Assembly (NCBI GenBank): GCA_016192455.1
Contig: JACPUC010000018.1
Span: 1-64,000 of the forward strand
Direction of reading: 5' to 3'
From: Candidatus Tectimicrobiota bacterium
GTDB taxonomy: Bacteria; JACPUC01
Length of the DNA stretch: 64,000 nt
The notes beneath the pieces are model-generated. The model was given only the letters and a program-made list of their open reading frames with translations. It was not told the origin of the DNA and ran no database searches. The translations under genes were made by a program, and so were the position numbers. Within the stretch, counting starts at the first letter, position 1. Every line of letters begins with the position of its first letter. Positions 61,613 through 64,000 of the stretch are shown piece after piece.

Positions 61613-62743
61613 TCAGCAGAGGATGGCGCGCAGCGCATGGCAGAGGTAGTAGACGTTGCGCGGATGCGAGGTGTAGCCCATGAGACCGATGCGCCACACC
61701 TTGCCTGCGATCGGCCCGAGGCCGCCGCCGATCTCCACGTTGTAGGCGTTGAGGAGGTGCCGGCGCACCGCCGCATCCTCAACTCCCGGAGGGAGGCGCA
61801 CGGTGGTGAGCGACGGCAAGCGCACGTCGGCGCGCGCGAACGGCGCGATCCCGAGGCTGCCGAGCTGCTCGATGAGGAGCGCCGCGTTGCGCGCGTGGCG
61901 GGTGATGCGCGCCTCGAGCCCCTCCTCGTGGAGCAGCCGCAGCGCCTCGCGCAGGGCGTACATCATGCTGATCGGCCCGGTGTGGTGGTAGACGCGCGCC
62001 TCCGACCAGTACTTGAAGAGCTCCGTGAGATCGAAGTAGAAGCTCGGAATGCGGCCGCGGCGCTTGCCGATCGCCTCCACGGCGCGCGGGCTGAAGGTCA
62101 TGGGCGAGAGGCCGGGGGGGCAGCTCAGGCACTTCTGCGTGCCGCTGTAGGCGGCGTCCACCCCCCAGGCGTCGATCTGCAGCGGGCAGCCGCCGAGCGA
62201 GGTGACGCAATCAATGATGAAGAGCGCCTCGTGCTCCCGGCAGAGGGCGCCGATGGCCTCGAGCGGCTGCAAAACGCCGGTGGAGGTCTCGGCATGGACG
62301 AGCGCCACCGCCTTGATGGCTCGTTCCTGCCGGAGCTTCTGGCGCACCGCCTCGGGATCGATGCTCTGCCCCCACTCCACCTCAAGGCGCAGCGCCTCGC
62401 CCCCCAGGCGCTCGATGATGTCGCACATCCGCCCCCCGAAGAAGCCGTTGACGCAGACGAGCACGCGGTCGCCGGCCTCGACGAGATTCGTGAACACCGC
62501 CTCCATGCCGGCCATGCCGGTCGCCTGCAAGGCAAGGGTATGGCGGTTGCCCGTCTGGAAGGCGTAGCGCAGGAGGGCCTGCACGTCATCCATGATTCCC
62601 AGGTAGACCGGATCGAGGTGGCCGGGCACCGGCGTGGCCAGGGCGCCGTACACGCGCGGATGGACGTTGCTGGGACCTGGACCCATGAGCAGGCGGTCGG
62701 GAACGGGAAGGGGCGCAATCGGCTGGGCGGGTTCATAGGCCAT
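61613..62743 (-). CDS. Alanine/serine-glyoxylate aminotransferase (class V), upstream copy
   Basis: LMGPGPSN, HAETSTG, GTQKCLS, YHHTGP and WRIGLMG motifs. Confidence 0.95.
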   Translation of the reverse strand: MAYEPAQPIAPLPVPDRLLMGPGPSNVHPRVYGALATPVPGHLDPVYLGIMDDVQALLRYAFQTGNRHTLALQATGMAGMEAVFTNLVEAGDRVLVCVNGFFGGRMCDIIERLGGEALRLEVEWGQSIDPEAVRQKLRQERAIKAVALVHAETSTGVLQPLEAIGALCREHEALFIIDCVTSLGGCPLQIDAWGVDAAYSGTQKCLSCPPGLSPMTFSPRAVEAIGKRRGRIPSFYFDLTELFKYWSEARVYHHTGPISMMYALREALRLLHEEGLEARITRHARNAALLIEQLGSLGIAPFARADVRLPSLTTVRLPPGVEDAAVRRHLLNAYNVEIGGGLGPIAGKVWRIGLMGYTSHPRNVYYLCHALRAILC

Positions 62744-62872
62744 GGTCCGTCTCCTGGTGCTGCGTCGTGGATGGGCTCTTCATGGGACCGAGCCGGTTCC
62801 AAGCTTGGCGCTGCGGCTCGGCGCCGAGCCACCCGGCGGGTTGTCAGACGGACGCAGGGTCGAGGTTGGAGG

Positions 62873-64000
62873 TTAACTTCCCGCCTGCGGCGCGCCAACC
62901 GCCGAGGCTGCCTCGGCCGGCGTCTCCTTGATGAGCTCGAGGATGACCGCGTCGGCCAGGAAGAGGCCGCGCCGGGTCAGGCGGCAGCGCTCCGGCGTCA
63001 GCTCGAGGAGGCCCTGCGCCACGAGGTGCTGGAGCGGCCGGGCGTAGTGCTCCTCGAACGCCACCCCGTGGTGCTCGGGGAAGCGGCGCAGGGCGATGCC
63101 CTCCCGCAGGCGCAATCCCAGCATCACCGCCTCGGTGCGCCGCGTGTCGGCATCAAGCCGCTCGCGCCAGTGTGCCGCGCGGCCGCGCTCCCGGATCGCC
63201 GCGGCGTAGTGCTCGGGCTTGCTGTGGTTGCGGAAGCGCTGGCCGTTGAGCTTCGACACGGCGCCGGCCCCGCAGCCCACATACTCGGCGTTCTCCCAAT
63301 AGAGCTGGTTGTGACGGCTGCGGCGCCCCGGGCGGGCGAAGTTGGAGACCTCGTAGTGCTCATACCCCGCGGCCTCGGCGCTCTCCATGGCCGCCTCGTA
63401 CATGGCGAGCTGCGCCTCCTCGTCGGGGAGCGGCAGGGCGCCGCGCTCCTGGAGGCTGAAGAACGGCGTCCCTTTCTCGATCGTGAGACAGTACAGGGAG
63501 AGGTGCTCCGGCTCCAGGGCGATGGCATGGTCGAGGGAGCGGCGCCAGGTGGCGAGGTCCTGACCGGGGGCTCCGAACATGAGGTCGAGGTTGAGGTTCT
63601 CGACCCCCGCCCGGCGCGCCCGTCGCACCGCGGCGTCGATCTCGTCGGCGCGGTGGATGCGGTCGAGCTGGCGCAGGATGGTGTCGTCGAAGGACTGCGC
63701 CCCGAGGCTGAGGCGCGTGCAGCCGCTGCCCACGAGCACCGCGCAGACGGCGTCGCTGAGGCTACCCGGGTTTGCCTCGACGGTGAACTCCAACTCGGTC
63801 CCTCGCCCGGCGGGTGTGTGAGGGGCGCGTGCGCGACAGGCCACCTCGCGGGCCGTCCTCAGCACCTCCTCCAGCAAGTCCGGCCGCAGCAGCGACGGCG
63901 TGCCGCCGCCGACGAAGATCGAGGCGATGCCGCGCCCCGGGCCGATGAGCTGGGGGACGCGGCGCAGCTCTTCCAGCAGCGCCGCCACGTAGGAGACCTG
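62873..64000 (-). CDS. hemW: Radical SAM heme chaperone HemW (5' end outside the window)
   Basis: FVGGGTPS, TVEANP, RLSLGAQSF, HYEVSNFA and HNQLYW (HNxxYW); the CxxxCxxC motif would lie beyond 64000. Confidence 0.9.
   Translation of the reverse strand, partial: QVSYVAALLEELRRVPQLIGPGRGIASIFVGGGTPSLLRPDLLEEVLRTAREVACRARAPHTPAGRGTELEFTVEANPGSLSDAVCAVLVGSGCTRLSLGAQSFDDTILRQLDRIHRADEIDAAVRRARRAGVENLNLDLMFGAPGQDLATWRRSLDHAIALEPEHLSLYCLTIEKGTPFFSLQERGALPLPDEEAQLAMYEAAMESAEAAGYEHYEVSNFARPGRRSRHNQLYWENAEYVGCGAGAVSKLNGQRFRNHSKPEHYAAAIRERGRAAHWRERLDADTRRTEAVMLGLRLREGIALRRFPEHHGVAFEEHYARPLQHLVAQGLLELTPERCRLTRRGLFLADAVILELIKETPAEAASAVGAPQAGS

Overview
High-GC bacterial chromosomal window; the gene content suggests a deltaproteobacteria-like or candidate-phylum environmental organism (inference only). 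In order it carries: acs; a sigma54-preceded cheA-cheW-cheR-cheD-cheB cluster without MCP or CheY; a UbiD decarboxylase; a sigma54-preceded USP/CBS/AcuB/Rv2004c-like kinase/diheme cytochrome c operon facing a globin-coupled histidine kinase; a LonC-type protease gene broken by an out-of-frame deletion; a 4,5-dihydroxyphthalate decarboxylase-family gene; galU, thiL and two CNNM/hemolysin genes; a second UbiD; a low-GC island (long antitoxin-like protein plus PIN toxin) beside an MNT/truncated-HEPN pair; mtaB, DUF62, an AsmA-like giant, GT9, ychF, rqcH, yicC-gmk-coaBC-udg and DsbA; a CoA-ligase locus; an SH3-TPR protein; an HDOD/REC-GGDEF operon; two tandem class V aminotransferases; and partial hemW. 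Best candidates for undescribed systems: (1) an intact PaaK-like ligase transcribed divergently from a catalytically dead, C-domain-less paralog that has its own promoter, with small proteins, an MFS and a half-degenerate acyl-CoA dehydrogenase nearby; (2) a roughly 300-aa protein ending in a VapB-type antitoxin peptide, coupled to a PIN toxin; (3) a CheA with a MshEN c-di-GMP-binding motif in place of P2; (4) a DosR-regulon-like gene set under sigma54 next to a globin sensor kinase. No rRNA, tRNA, CRISPR array or transposase was seen. All calls come from motif recognition by eye; no searches were run.
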